IMG/VR virus record: IMGVR_UViG_3300034175_000060 | Location: 1 to 64,000 of that record | Source: a virus | Length of the DNA stretch: 64,000 nucleotides | Strand: one strand, 5' to 3' | Shown here: in pieces, positions 1-9,363 of the stretch | Layout: each line of letters opens with the position of its first letter | Position numbering within the stretch: the stretch's first letter is position 1 | Made by a program: the position numbers and the translations under genes | The notes under the pieces: model-generated | What the model was told of the DNA's origin: nothing | What the model saw: only the letters and a program-made list of their open reading frames with translations | Database searches by the model: none

Positions 1-141
1 GGCCTTGACATTATCAATGACAACCCTTATCATGAGAAGAACATGTTCGGTGCTCTGCCTCTTGCTTGGTTCGAATGGATGGATGGGCATGAAGAGGAGT
101 ACCAGAAAGCTAAGAAGGTTCTGGATGAGGAATATGAATAA
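1..141 (+). CDS. 3' end of a hypothetical protein (partial)
   Basis: Frame 1 is open from the window edge (GLDIINDNPY...LDEEYE) to TAA at 139-141, overlapping the next ATG. Confidence 0.6.
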   Translation, partial: GLDIINDNPYHEKNMFGALPLAWFEWMDGHEEEYQKAKKVLDEEYE

Positions 142-718
142 TTGGGAGAACTTCTATTACTACGACGAGGTAAGTCCAAGTTGTTTACGGAGAAAGACTG
201 ATTGGGTGTGTGGTAAGCACCGAATTACTTTAGGTAAAGTAGGTGATGATTGTGTCTGTAAAAATTCCAATGGATACTACTCAGTTAAGCATCAAAAGAA
301 AGATTACAGAGTACACAGAGTAATTTGGGAACTATTTTTTGGAGAAATTCCTTGTAAGATGTACATAGATCACATAGATGGGGATATAAACAATAACAAA
401 ATATCTAATCTTAGGCTTGTGGATCATGCCTATAATATGAGGAACAGAAAGAAAAATAAGAATTCCGGCAAAATGCAAGGCGTCACTAGGGCGAAACAAC
501 GCACGAGGAAAGATGGCAGTTTTTCAGAAGTTTGGCTTGCAAGGTGGTATGAACTAAGTGATGGAGATCATCGTGCTAAAAGCAAAAGCTTCAATATTGA
601 TGTTCATGGAGAAGATGTAGCTTTTGCTTTAGCTGTGGCATACAGAAATAAGATGATCGAACAGTTAAATTTTGCTGGCGCGGGGTACACAACTAGGCAC
701 GGATCGGACGCTGCATGA
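134..718 (+). CDS. HNH homing endonuclease with C-terminal AP2-like domain
   Basis: VHRVIWELF...IDHIDGDINNNKISNLRLV (HNH_3 type); GAGG RBS before ATG 134. Confidence 0.85.
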   Translation: MNNWENFYYYDEVSPSCLRRKTDWVCGKHRITLGKVGDDCVCKNSNGYYSVKHQKKDYRVHRVIWELFFGEIPCKMYIDHIDGDINNNKISNLRLVDHAYNMRNRKKNKNSGKMQGVTRAKQRTRKDGSFSEVWLARWYELSDGDHRAKSKSFNIDVHGEDVAFALAVAYRNKMIEQLNFAGAGYTTRHGSDAA

Positions 719-1080
719 CTAAGAAAAAACTCGTCCTCTTGAAACACAAACGTATGTGGGAACCTGTTGTGACAATCCTTGTCAACCTTCTTGTGCAGGA
801 ACCGCCTCGCACTAATGGAAAAGGTAGGCGCGCTAAAATTAGGCTGCGCCTGCACAAAGACTTCAAGCATGTGAAAAAGTGGCCAAAATCTGTCTTTGTA
901 CATTGTGACGATGTTGAGTACATCATCCGTGAGCTACGAGCTTGTACATTGCTAGATCATCTGCACGAGCTTGGGATTTCCAAGTGGAGTTCTCATGATA
1001 TTTATAGGATGCGTATGGGCGCTATGTCAGGTGTGAAAGATTTTGAGAATTTTCTTGACATGGGTGTGGATGGTCTGTAG
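715..1080 (+). CDS. hypothetical protein
   Basis: 121-aa ORF coupled to the previous gene by an ATGA overlap. Confidence 0.7.
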   Translation: MTKKKLVLLKHKRMWEPVVTILVNLLVQEPPRTNGKGRRAKIRLRLHKDFKHVKKWPKSVFVHCDDVEYIIRELRACTLLDHLHELGISKWSSHDIYRMRMGAMSGVKDFENFLDMGVDGL

Positions 1081-1083
1081 GAT
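1055..1083 (+). promoter_or_regulatory. sigma70-type promoter
   Basis: TTGACA-17 bp-TAGGAT. Confidence 0.6.
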
Positions 1084-1115
1084 GTGAGAATACAAATTTC
1101 TTAAGGGGAAAACTA

Positions 1116-1637
1116 ATGAAACGTTCTATTGCACGGAAGTGGGCGGAAATGCTTGAGATTGGAAGGAACTGTGAGATGGGTGGGAAGCTGATTGAAGACA
1201 AACCTGACACTAACCCTAAGAAGCAATTCGGAGATAAATCCATCCCACTCAACTTGTGGCCTGCACTAGCATCCTCCTACGGTGCTCTGGGACTCTACAA
1301 CGGTAAGCTCAAGTATGGGCAGAGTAACTTCAATGCAACGCCTGTGGAGGCTTCTATTTACATTGCTGGAGCTTTGCGACACTTGAGTGCATGGGCAGAA
1401 GGTGAGGAGCTTGACCCTGCTGACGGTGTACCAAATCTAGGGGGTGTTCTGGCAAATATTGCTATCATCCTAGAAGCTCGTGCAGCAGGAACTTTGATTG
1501 ATGATCGCAAGCTTGGTGATGGATATTTGCAAGAGCGAGAGTATTTGAAAGATATTGTAGCAAGCTTGCAGGTGTTGCACCAAAGCAAAGCACCCCGCCA
1601 CTACTATTTGGCAGACAAGAAAGTAAACAATGAATAA
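1116..1637 (+). CDS. dATP/dGTP diphosphohydrolase-like (DUF5664-type) protein
   Basis: KxPLxLxP...GxxKYGxxN...AxxRHLxAWxxGEExDPxDGVPNL pattern. Confidence 0.75.
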   Translation: MKRSIARKWAEMLEIGRNCEMGGKLIEDKPDTNPKKQFGDKSIPLNLWPALASSYGALGLYNGKLKYGQSNFNATPVEASIYIAGALRHLSAWAEGEELDPADGVPNLGGVLANIAIILEARAAGTLIDDRKLGDGYLQEREYLKDIVASLQVLHQSKAPRHYYLADKKVNNE

Positions 1638-2154
1638 CGCAATCCTGTTACAATCTGGAGAGTTCTACAGCTACACCAATCCAGAGCAGAACAAGTTTAC
1701 TATTGAGGACATTGCGGAAGCACTGTCAAACATCTGTCGCTTCGGTGGACATGTTAGCACTCATTATTCTGTTGCTCAGCACGCGGTTAATGTTAGCTAC
1801 GATATCGAACCTGAGTATGCACTAGACGGATTGCTTCATGATGCTGTGGAGGCTTTCTTGTGCGATATTCCAACACCCTTGAAGATGCTTCTTCCAGACT
1901 ACCAAGAAATTGAAGAGAAGCATGAACGAGAAATGTTCAAGCGTTTCAATTTGACGTACCCGATGGTTGATGCTGTGAAGCGTGCAGACAAGCGAGCATT
2001 TTGCACAGAAGTACGTGACATGAAGCCTAAGAATGCTCATTGGGATTCTTATTGTGACATTGCTACGTATGATTACAAGATTGTCCCTTGGAGTCATCAG
2101 GAGGCTAAGGAGAAATTCTTGGCAAGGTATTATGAGATTGTTGGTAAAAATTAA
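1630..2154 (+). CDS. HD-domain deoxynucleotide phosphohydrolase (YfbR/YfdR-like)
   Basis: IEDIAEALSNICRFGGH..YSVAQH...LLHDAVEAFLCDIPTPLK motifs. Confidence 0.85.
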   Translation: MNNAILLQSGEFYSYTNPEQNKFTIEDIAEALSNICRFGGHVSTHYSVAQHAVNVSYDIEPEYALDGLLHDAVEAFLCDIPTPLKMLLPDYQEIEEKHEREMFKRFNLTYPMVDAVKRADKRAFCTEVRDMKPKNAHWDSYCDIATYDYKIVPWSHQEAKEKFLARYYEIVGKN

Positions 2155-2155
2155 T

Positions 2156-2184
2156 TTGACACAGTTGTAAGAAGTCTGTACAAT
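2156..2184 (+). promoter_or_regulatory. sigma70-type promoter for tRNA-Arg
   Basis: TTGACA-17 bp-TACAAT directly upstream of the tRNA. Confidence 0.75.
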
Positions 2185-2192
2185 GCACACAT

Positions 2193-2269
2193 CTGCCCGT
2201 AGCTCAGATGGATAGAGCACAAACCTTCTAAGTTTGGTGTCACAAGTTCAAATCTTGTCGGGTGGACCA
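2193..2269 (+). tRNA. tRNA-Arg(UCU)
   Basis: Cloverleaf: TAGCTCAGATGGATAGAGC D arm, CAAAC-CTTCTAA-GTTTG anticodon arm, TTCAAAT T loop, encoded CCA. Confidence 0.92.
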
Positions 2270-2300
2270 TGAATTTTAACGTAGTAAATAGGAGAGTAAA

Positions 2301-2612
2301 TTGAAGGAAGAAGATACTTTGGCAGTAAAACTTTGGAAGCTGTTGGGTGCACTTGTACTGTTTGCAGTATCTATTTATCTAAGCACTTACACAGTACAAC
2401 ATCTGTGGCAATGGTTTGTAGTCCCATTGTTCAGTGTCCCTGTTCTGGGTCTGCTCCAAGCGATGGGCTTGGCAATGTTTGTGCGATACTTGACTAAAGG
2501 TCCAACGTATTATGTAGAACGTGAAGATGCTTACAAGGATCGTCTGATTCATTCTATCATGCATCCTGTGTTGGCTCTAGGTGTTGGGTACGTTGTGCAT
2601 TTGTATATTTAA
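2301..2612 (+). CDS. hypothetical membrane protein
   Basis: Several hydrophobic segments; AGGAG RBS before a TTG start. Confidence 0.7.
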   Translation: MKEEDTLAVKLWKLLGALVLFAVSIYLSTYTVQHLWQWFVVPLFSVPVLGLLQAMGLAMFVRYLTKGPTYYVEREDAYKDRLIHSIMHPVLALGVGYVVHLYI

Positions 2613-2717
2613 TTAAGAATTACAGCTTGCACAGAAGCTGGGCGAATACTAATATGTCGCTATCCAAATGGACTGTGCATTAAATCTAAAACTAAGTAAA
2701 CTAATAGGAAACTAAAA

Positions 2718-3368
2718 ATGGCAGCTAAAGAAAAGAGCAAACTGGGTGTTATCGAAGGCACTCTGGTATATGCAAAAGTAGGTCAACCTGACAACAAATA
2801 CCAGAGTACTGAAAAGGAATGGTCGATTGAAGTTATCGTAAGCGAAGAAATTGCGGACGAGTGGGATGAACAGTTCAAGAAACAGCCATCGAAGAAAATC
2901 AAAGCAAGTGATTTCTCAGCTAAGTACAAGATTGACTTGCCAGAGCATTTGAAGGGTGAAAAGAGCGTCTACGGTATTAAACTGAAACGCCAAGCCACTA
3001 ACGATGGTGAACCTGTTGACGAGTCCTTCCGACCGAAGATTTACATTGATGATGCTGACGGCAATCGTACTGAGTGCGGGCAAAGTCGTTTGATTGCGAA
3101 CGGTTCATTTGGTAAAGTAAGTTACTTTATTTCGACTAACGACTTCGGCACGTTCAGCCGTCTCCAGAATGTTCTGATGAAGGAAGAAGACTTTATTGAA
3201 TACGAGTCGAAATCTTCTGGCGGTGGTTCGGAATTTGGCGAAGCTAAGTCTGTGAAGTACGAGGAGCCAAAAGAGAGTGTTATGAAAACTCGTGCTGAAA
3301 AACCTGCACCTAAGAAAGTCGTAGAGCAAGACGACATTAGCGAAGAAACTGAACCAAGTCCCTTCTGA
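2718..3368 (+). CDS. single-stranded DNA-binding protein (T7 gp2.5-like)
   Basis: Beta-rich core (GTLVYAKV, IANGSFGKV), acidic tail ending in PF, replication-module context. Confidence 0.75.
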   Translation: MAAKEKSKLGVIEGTLVYAKVGQPDNKYQSTEKEWSIEVIVSEEIADEWDEQFKKQPSKKIKASDFSAKYKIDLPEHLKGEKSVYGIKLKRQATNDGEPVDESFRPKIYIDDADGNRTECGQSRLIANGSFGKVSYFISTNDFGTFSRLQNVLMKEEDFIEYESKSSGGGSEFGEAKSVKYEEPKESVMKTRAEKPAPKKVVEQDDISEETEPSPF

Positions 3369-4327
3369 TGTCAGCGGCACTCATAGCAGAGTGCCTTCTT
3401 GATGTGAAAGACGAAGATGTGTCCAACATAGGTATTTACGTGATTACAAGTGAATCCGGTAAGTTCTATGTTGGACAGTCTGTTGATCTTAAGAAGCGGG
3501 AATATGAACACTTTAGAACATTAAGAAACAACACTCACCATAATAAGCACTTGCAGAACAGTTTCAACAAGTACGGCTATTTAGACTTCTATGTAATCGA
3601 ATATCATTATGACCCTTGGCAGCTAACAGCTAGAGAAGAATACTGGATGAATTTTCTTGACAGTTATTATAACGGAATGAATCTTACTCCTAGTGCTGCT
3701 ACTTCATTAGGTTGTGTCAGGACTGAAGAACAGCGAAGAGTTATTTCGGAAATTACCAAAGAGTTTTGGAGCAAAGAAGAAAACCGTAAAGCTCAGTCTG
3801 AACGTAAGAAGAATTTCTACAAGAACAATCCTGAAGTTCTTTTAAAGATGTCAGAGACAACGAAGAAGATTCTTAAAGATAGTCCTGAACGTTGTGAGAA
3901 GCACTCAGCACTTATGACTGAAAGAAGTAACACACCAGAGTGTCTTGAAGCCTTTACTAAAAGAATGTCTGATTGGCGTAGCACAATTTCATCAGAAGAA
4001 GCCCGTAAGATGGGACTTAAAACGGCAGCTACGAAAAAGTCCCTCGGTGATGAGTACAACAAGAGAATTTTACTTAAAGCTAGTAGAACTAAAGTAGTCA
4101 ACATGATTAAGGGTGACAGCCACATACAGTGGCATATTCTAAAATCAAGAGGCGGGAGACTTCTAACTACCTGTTCTGTACGCTGGACAGAAGCAGATGG
4201 TTCCCAGAAGCTAAAGCGTTTCTCGGCTTTGAAATATGGCGTCCTACCAGCTTACAAAATGGCTTTCTTGTACCGAGGTGAATTACAGAAAAGACTTCTA
4301 CTTGATTATGACGCTTTGTTGAATTAA
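3368..4327 (+). CDS. GIY-YIG homing endonuclease
   Basis: GIYVI...FYVGQS..L..R...H...HHNKHLQNSFNKYG...E..W.....GMN. Confidence 0.9.
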   Translation: MSAALIAECLLDVKDEDVSNIGIYVITSESGKFYVGQSVDLKKREYEHFRTLRNNTHHNKHLQNSFNKYGYLDFYVIEYHYDPWQLTAREEYWMNFLDSYYNGMNLTPSAATSLGCVRTEEQRRVISEITKEFWSKEENRKAQSERKKNFYKNNPEVLLKMSETTKKILKDSPERCEKHSALMTERSNTPECLEAFTKRMSDWRSTISSEEARKMGLKTAATKKSLGDEYNKRILLKASRTKVVNMIKGDSHIQWHILKSRGGRLLTTCSVRWTEADGSQKLKRFSALKYGVLPAYKMAFLYRGELQKRLLLDYDALLN

Positions 4328-4332
4328 AACTT

Positions 4333-4363
4333 GCCCGGATTCCTTAACGGGGTCTGGGCTTTT
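4333..4363 (+). terminator. intrinsic terminator
   Basis: GCCCGGAT...GTCTGGGC hairpin followed by TTTT. Confidence 0.7.
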
Positions 4364-4377
4364 CCTTTAGGAGAACT

Positions 4378-5337
4378 ATGAGAAAATACGACCTGCTAGT
4401 GGATTTTGATACAGCACTTGTGTCAGCCGCTGCGGCCCAACAAAAGAATACAATCCTTGCTCGCTACACAGCAAACGGTAAAGCTAAGCCATTTGACACC
4501 CGCACAGCCTTTAAAGCATGGCTCAAAGACAATCCTAAGTGGAATGCTGAACAGTTTGAAATTGAAGATGTCAACACAATTGTTGGAAGTGTCAGAAATG
4601 CTGTAGATGGTTTGTTAGGGAAGATGAATGATATCTGTGAGAGTAATCCTGTGAAGTCTGCCAAGTTTGTTATTGGCGGTGTGCATGGAAACTTCCGCGA
4701 CCATGTTGCGCGGATCCAGCCGTACAAAGGACAGCGTAAAGCCAAACCATTGTTATTTAATGACATCAAAGCTAAACTGATTAAAGAGATTTCTTCTTAC
4801 ATTATTCAGCCTACTAGCAATCATGAGAGTGATGATGTAGCATCGATCTATCTTGCAGAACATCTAGAACATGGAGAAGACTCAGATCGTGCTATATCTA
4901 GTCCTGACAAAGATCTGAAGATGTGTATTGGCTGGCACACTGATGCGAACAAATGGGATACTCCTGCACTGTACACAAAGGACTTTGACGGCTTCTATCA
5001 ATACTGTTGGCAGGGACTTCGAGGAGACTCAATCGATAACATCATGGGTATCCCTCACGGTGTTCCCTCTGTCAAAGAGAAGTTCGGCTTACGCGCTGGT
5101 AAAGGCTTTGGAGAAGCCGCCGCAACTAAATGCCTAGCAGACTGCACAACTAAAGAAGAACTCGCACAACGCGTTGCTTGGGTTTACAAAGAAACCTTTC
5201 AAGACGGCTATGTAATTCCTTCTGGTGAAACTCTTAGTTGGGTTGAGATGATGGATGAGAATATGCAACTCCTCAAGATGCTTGACTATGAAGGTCAGGT
5301 TTATAAATTTAGCGAAGAATGGGACATTAAAACATGA
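4378..5337 (+). CDS. 5'-3' exonuclease / RNase H (T7 gp6-like)
   Basis: LLVDFD, NFR......YKGQR, ESDD, SPDKDL, GDSIDNIMGI motifs. Confidence 0.88.
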   Translation: MRKYDLLVDFDTALVSAAAAQQKNTILARYTANGKAKPFDTRTAFKAWLKDNPKWNAEQFEIEDVNTIVGSVRNAVDGLLGKMNDICESNPVKSAKFVIGGVHGNFRDHVARIQPYKGQRKAKPLLFNDIKAKLIKEISSYIIQPTSNHESDDVASIYLAEHLEHGEDSDRAISSPDKDLKMCIGWHTDANKWDTPALYTKDFDGFYQYCWQGLRGDSIDNIMGIPHGVPSVKEKFGLRAGKGFGEAAATKCLADCTTKEELAQRVAWVYKETFQDGYVIPSGETLSWVEMMDENMQLLKMLDYEGQVYKFSEEWDIKT

Positions 5338-6146
5338 ACAACAAATCCTTCCGCATCAATAACGAGCAATTTGGTAACGCAACTGTGTGGCCCATCTCTG
5401 AGCACATGCACAGCATCAAGTGGGACAATTGGGAAAATTCTTATTGTATATTTTCCGAGCATATGGAAAATAACCTCAAAGACGGCACTTGGACAAAACT
5501 AGAAGACTCCTTGCCGCGTAGTTTTAAATTCTACTGTGAATCTGAGCCAAGCTGTATTTACACTTACACTCAACAAGCTAATGGTAACCCCCGAGTCTCT
5601 TGGGAGGGTGTCGGTAAGAACTACACTAACAGTTATACTCTGGAGGATGTGAAAGAATGTATTGCTGATGGTCGGTGGGTTGTGCTGCCAGAGAAAAATA
5701 AAGCTAAACGAATGTCCCCAGAAACATTTGCAGACAAATTTGAAGATATCTTATACCGACAAACTGAAGATGCAATTTACACCAGCAGCCCCACTTCGGG
5801 CGGTTACTCCCGTGATCCTGACCATTCTATCGGAGAGGACGTTGATGAATTGATTGCAGGGTATACTAAAGCTGTAGAAGAGACTAAATATACTGCTGAC
5901 GAATATTGCGCAAGCTTTGAAGAAACTTCTGTAGACATTCTCGCAGAAATCAAATCCTTCACAGAACAATCTATAAATAGCACTGTGCGTATTGTGAAAG
6001 ACGGCGCTTATGAGTTGCATTCTAACGGGTATCGTGCAGCATACGCCTACACTGACGAAGAACTTCTGGAGTTGATGGCAGCTATTCTTGTTGTGGAGAA
6101 GGCTCTTAATAAGAAGATTGTTAAGAAGATTGAGGATATTTTTTAA
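5334..6146 (+). CDS. hypothetical protein
   Basis: 270-aa ORF coupled to both neighbours. Confidence 0.7.
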   Translation: MNNKSFRINNEQFGNATVWPISEHMHSIKWDNWENSYCIFSEHMENNLKDGTWTKLEDSLPRSFKFYCESEPSCIYTYTQQANGNPRVSWEGVGKNYTNSYTLEDVKECIADGRWVVLPEKNKAKRMSPETFADKFEDILYRQTEDAIYTSSPTSGGYSRDPDHSIGEDVDELIAGYTKAVEETKYTADEYCASFEETSVDILAEIKSFTEQSINSTVRIVKDGAYELHSNGYRAAYAYTDEELLELMAAILVVEKALNKKIVKKIEDIF

Positions 6147-6691
6147 TGGCTGTTAAGAAGCCTTCTAAAGCCCCTTTAACACGTTGCGGTGGTACACAGA
6201 CAGAATCTCAGTATCTGGCATGGATTCGTAGCTGTCTGCGCTCTAAGAGCCTCAAATGGAAGCCTCGCACAGATTGTATCAACGCTGCAAGGCGACCTTA
6301 CAAGGGTCCAAACAAGCAGCAGAAGTATGAAGTAGAATGTGCCATGTGTGGTGGATGGTTCAAGCTAAAAGAGATTGCAGTTGACCATTTTCCGATTGAG
6401 GCTGGAGGAATTAGGTCTATTGAAGATATCGGACCATTCGCTGAGAGGTTGTTCTGCGAGACTGACAACTTACGCTGCTTGTGCCATGAGTGTCACAGAA
6501 AATGGACATTGGCAAGTTCTAAAGGGATTACTGTTGAACAAGCTGCACTAGAGATTCTTGTGAACGATACTCTCAAGGATAAGAAGAAAACTCTTGCACT
6601 ACTGAAAGAAAACCTGTATAATAACTGTACCAACGATGAGAAGCGTAAAGCTGCTTTGATGGAAATTTTTAGGGAGAATAAGATTGACTAA
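6146..6691 (+). CDS. Zn-binding HNH-type endonuclease
   Basis: CAMC...VDH...NLRCLCHECH. Confidence 0.75.
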   Translation: MAVKKPSKAPLTRCGGTQTESQYLAWIRSCLRSKSLKWKPRTDCINAARRPYKGPNKQQKYEVECAMCGGWFKLKEIAVDHFPIEAGGIRSIEDIGPFAERLFCETDNLRCLCHECHRKWTLASSKGITVEQAALEILVNDTLKDKKKTLALLKENLYNNCTNDEKRKAALMEIFRENKID

Positions 6692-6932
6692 TTTCAAACC
6701 TGCTTCAAAGAATGAGCTTCTGGATTTTCTTACGTCTTACCCAGAGCCACTGGTGCGAGATTGGACAGGTATCTGCGAACCACCACTTGTCTCTTATAAT
6801 GACTTCTCAGGTAACAAGAAGTGGCCTGAGAGTATTGTAGCAAAATACCATGACACTGAGAGTTATCCTAAAGACTCAGGTAATGCATACACTTGGGAAG
6901 AAAATCAATATTTTATTAAGGATACTGAATGA
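6684..6932 (+). CDS. hypothetical protein
   Basis: 82-aa ORF with GGAG RBS; upstream promoter-like TTGCAC-17-TATAAT at 6594-6622. Confidence 0.65.
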   Translation: MTNFKPASKNELLDFLTSYPEPLVRDWTGICEPPLVSYNDFSGNKKWPESIVAKYHDTESYPKDSGNAYTWEENQYFIKDTE

Positions 6933-7789
6933 GTAATCAAGACTGGCAAGTTGCAGCAGTTCGTTTAGCAGAAACAGAAGTGATGTCTTGGCGTGACATT
7001 GCCATCCAGCTTGAGGTGGCAAAGTCCACAGTGAGTGACTATCTGCGCAGTTATTTCAAATTCAAAGATGAGGCACGTGTGGAAGAAATGTACGAAGAAC
7101 CTGCACCTAAACAGAGCCATGACAATTCTCGTATATTGTTCATCTCTGACATGCACATTCCATATCACCATCCGAACACTATTCCGTTCTTGAAGATGTT
7201 GAAGGAACGTTATAATCCTACGCGAGTGATTTGTTTGGGAGATGAGCTTGACAAGCACGCGCTGAGCTTTCATGATAGCGACCCGGACTTGATGAGTGCT
7301 GGCGATGAGCTTCGTGCTTCTCTGCCGGTTATCAAGCAAGTAGAAGAATTGTTCCCTGTTATGGACATCATTGACAGTAATCATGGTAGTATGGTGTTCC
7401 GCAAATCTAAGGCTCACGGCATTCCACGTCACTATCTGAAAAGCTACAATGAAGTGTTGCAAGTTGGCGATGGTTGGAAGTGGCATCATGACATGACTAT
7501 CGAACTTCCTGACGGCCAGAAGGTTTATATCCATCACGGTAAGAGCGCTGAAGCGATTAAAACCAGTCAAGCAATGAGCATGAGTCATGTGTGTGGTCAC
7601 TTCCACGAGAGCTTTGGTGTGAAGTATTGGGCCAATCCTAACGGTTTGTTCTTTGCAATGAATAGTGGGTGCTTGATTGCAGACGATAGTTACGCATTCG
7701 CTTATAACAACACCAATTTGAAACGTCCTATTATTGGGACTAGTTTGATTATTGATGGTGTACCTATTCTAGAAGCCATGCCACTATGA
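6929..7789 (+). CDS. calcineurin-like metallophosphoesterase with N-terminal HTH
   Basis: DMH, GDELD, SNH, HHG, GHFH metal motifs; SWRDIAIQLEVAKSTVSDYLR HTH. Confidence 0.85.
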   Translation: MSNQDWQVAAVRLAETEVMSWRDIAIQLEVAKSTVSDYLRSYFKFKDEARVEEMYEEPAPKQSHDNSRILFISDMHIPYHHPNTIPFLKMLKERYNPTRVICLGDELDKHALSFHDSDPDLMSAGDELRASLPVIKQVEELFPVMDIIDSNHGSMVFRKSKAHGIPRHYLKSYNEVLQVGDGWKWHHDMTIELPDGQKVYIHHGKSAEAIKTSQAMSMSHVCGHFHESFGVKYWANPNGLFFAMNSGCLIADDSYAFAYNNTNLKRPIIGTSLIIDGVPILEAMPL

Positions 7790-8442
7790 TTGGCGAAAGA
7801 TTCAACAGATGGTTGGTTGTTGTACGCGGTGAGGACTATATCTACCCAAGTACCGGCAAGAGTGCTATAAGATATATTTGTTCTTGTGATTGTGGAGAGA
7901 CTAAGTTGGTGCACAAGAGTCATCTCAAGAACGGTTCTAGTCAGTCTTGTGGTTGTCTAAATCGTGAGATTTCTTCTACTGCTGGTGGCTTGTCTCAGAC
8001 TCGTGCTTACAGGTCTTGGTCAGGGATGATTGGCAGAACGGACCCTAACAACACTCAAGCATCCAATCAATCTTACAGAGACAAAGGAATTACTTGTAGC
8101 GAAGATTGGAAATCCTTTGAAAACTTCTACAGAGACATGGGAGATTGTCCAGAGGGTTATGAGCTAGAACGGGAAGATGTTATGGGAAACTACTGTAAAG
8201 AGAATTGCACATGGTCAGACGAAGTTACCCAAGCAACTAACCGCACAAAGTTCAGTAACAACACTTCTGGTTATACTGGCGTAAGTTGGAGCGAACAACA
8301 TAACAAGTGGCGAGTTGGTCTTTACGTAAACAAGATACGTTATGAAGGCGGGTTATTTGAGAAGGATGATTTTGCCTCTGCTGTAAAGGCCAGAAAAGCA
8401 CTTGAATTAAAGCATCTTGGTTACATAAAGGATCACATGTGA
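7786..8442 (+). CDS. HNH-type homing endonuclease with AP2 domain
   Basis: CSCDCG...SCGC, FENFYRDMG.CP.GYELER.DV.GNYCKENC.W, NNTSGYTGVSW. Confidence 0.85.
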   Translation: MIGERFNRWLVVVRGEDYIYPSTGKSAIRYICSCDCGETKLVHKSHLKNGSSQSCGCLNREISSTAGGLSQTRAYRSWSGMIGRTDPNNTQASNQSYRDKGITCSEDWKSFENFYRDMGDCPEGYELEREDVMGNYCKENCTWSDEVTQATNRTKFSNNTSGYTGVSWSEQHNKWRVGLYVNKIRYEGGLFEKDDFASAVKARKALELKHLGYIKDHM

Positions 8443-8693
8443 TGGAACAAGTCCCAATAAGCCTACACGGCCTTCCAATTCAAGCTGTCCTCATCAGCAA
8501 TGGACAAATAGGTTTTATTAAGATGGGAATGTTCCCTACGATATTCGACTGGAATAATGAGACAATCATTTCCCAAGAAAATATTATTGTGAAAGGTGAG
8601 ACATTCCTGTATAATCATGGATACAGAGCTTCTGAGAATCTTAAGGATTGGCTCACGAGTTTGATGATAGATAATCCGTTTGAGGAGAATTAA
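8439..8693 (+). CDS. hypothetical protein
   Basis: ORF in a tightly packed operon. Confidence 0.6.
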   Translation: MMEQVPISLHGLPIQAVLISNGQIGFIKMGMFPTIFDWNNETIISQENIIVKGETFLYNHGYRASENLKDWLTSLMIDNPFEEN

Positions 8694-8914
8694 TGGAACC
8701 AGAGGCATTATTCGACAGCATCACTCGCATGAGGATTGTGGAGAAATCAAACGGCAGGTTTGCGACAGAGTTCCTTTCATGTTCAGAGTGGCATCCTAGT
8801 TGGGATTTTAAAACGCTAGAGGGTGCTGAAAATTGTATAAGGAAAGCTTTGACTCTTCTACAAAATAGGCGTGTACCTACCACAGTAAAAATTATTAAGG
8901 AGTATGAAGTATGA
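8693..8914 (+). CDS. hypothetical protein
   Basis: GAGGAG RBS; overlapping stop/start. Confidence 0.65.
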   Translation: MEPEALFDSITRMRIVEKSNGRFATEFLSCSEWHPSWDFKTLEGAENCIRKALTLLQNRRVPTTVKIIKEYEV

Positions 8915-9363
8915 AAAGTAAAGCAATTAGCAACGCATACGAGAGTGTTTATAAGTTTCACGAGATTGCAGGAGTTCTAGATAACCCTGATTATGAAACC
9001 GTAGACCTGTATAACAGTCTGGCCTTCGAAGAACTGAGCGAGAGCATCACAGCATTAGAAGAGAACAATCCTGTAGAAATACTCGACGGCGCAATTGATG
9101 AGTTCTACATTGCTTGCGGTAAGCTTGCGGTGTTGGAGAAGATGGGATACAATGTAGAAGAAGCCATCAAACGGGTATGCGACAACAATTTGTCGAAGTT
9201 TCCTAGCCTTGTAGATGGTTGTGCACATTTGAAAGAGTATACTGCAACTGTGAATCAGAAACATAATGTGTATGTAATTAAAGATGGAAATGGTAAGATT
9301 CGGAAGCCCGAAGGATTTGTCGGAGTTGTGCTGAATGACTTAGTACCGGGAGTTAAATCGTGA
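8911..9363 (+). CDS. MazG-like / PRA-PH NTP pyrophosphohydrolase
   Basis: EELSE...EILDGAIDEFY...VCDNNLSK...GKIRKP. Confidence 0.75.
   Translation: MKSKAISNAYESVYKFHEIAGVLDNPDYETVDLYNSLAFEELSESITALEENNPVEILDGAIDEFYIACGKLAVLEKMGYNVEEAIKRVCDNNLSKFPSLVDGCAHLKEYTATVNQKHNVYVIKDGNGKIRKPEGFVGVVLNDLVPGVKS

Noticed and set aside
1116-2154. Definite Z-genome (2-aminoadenine) pathway
   Set aside because: No PurZ homolog in the window; these hydrolase families are widespread without it.
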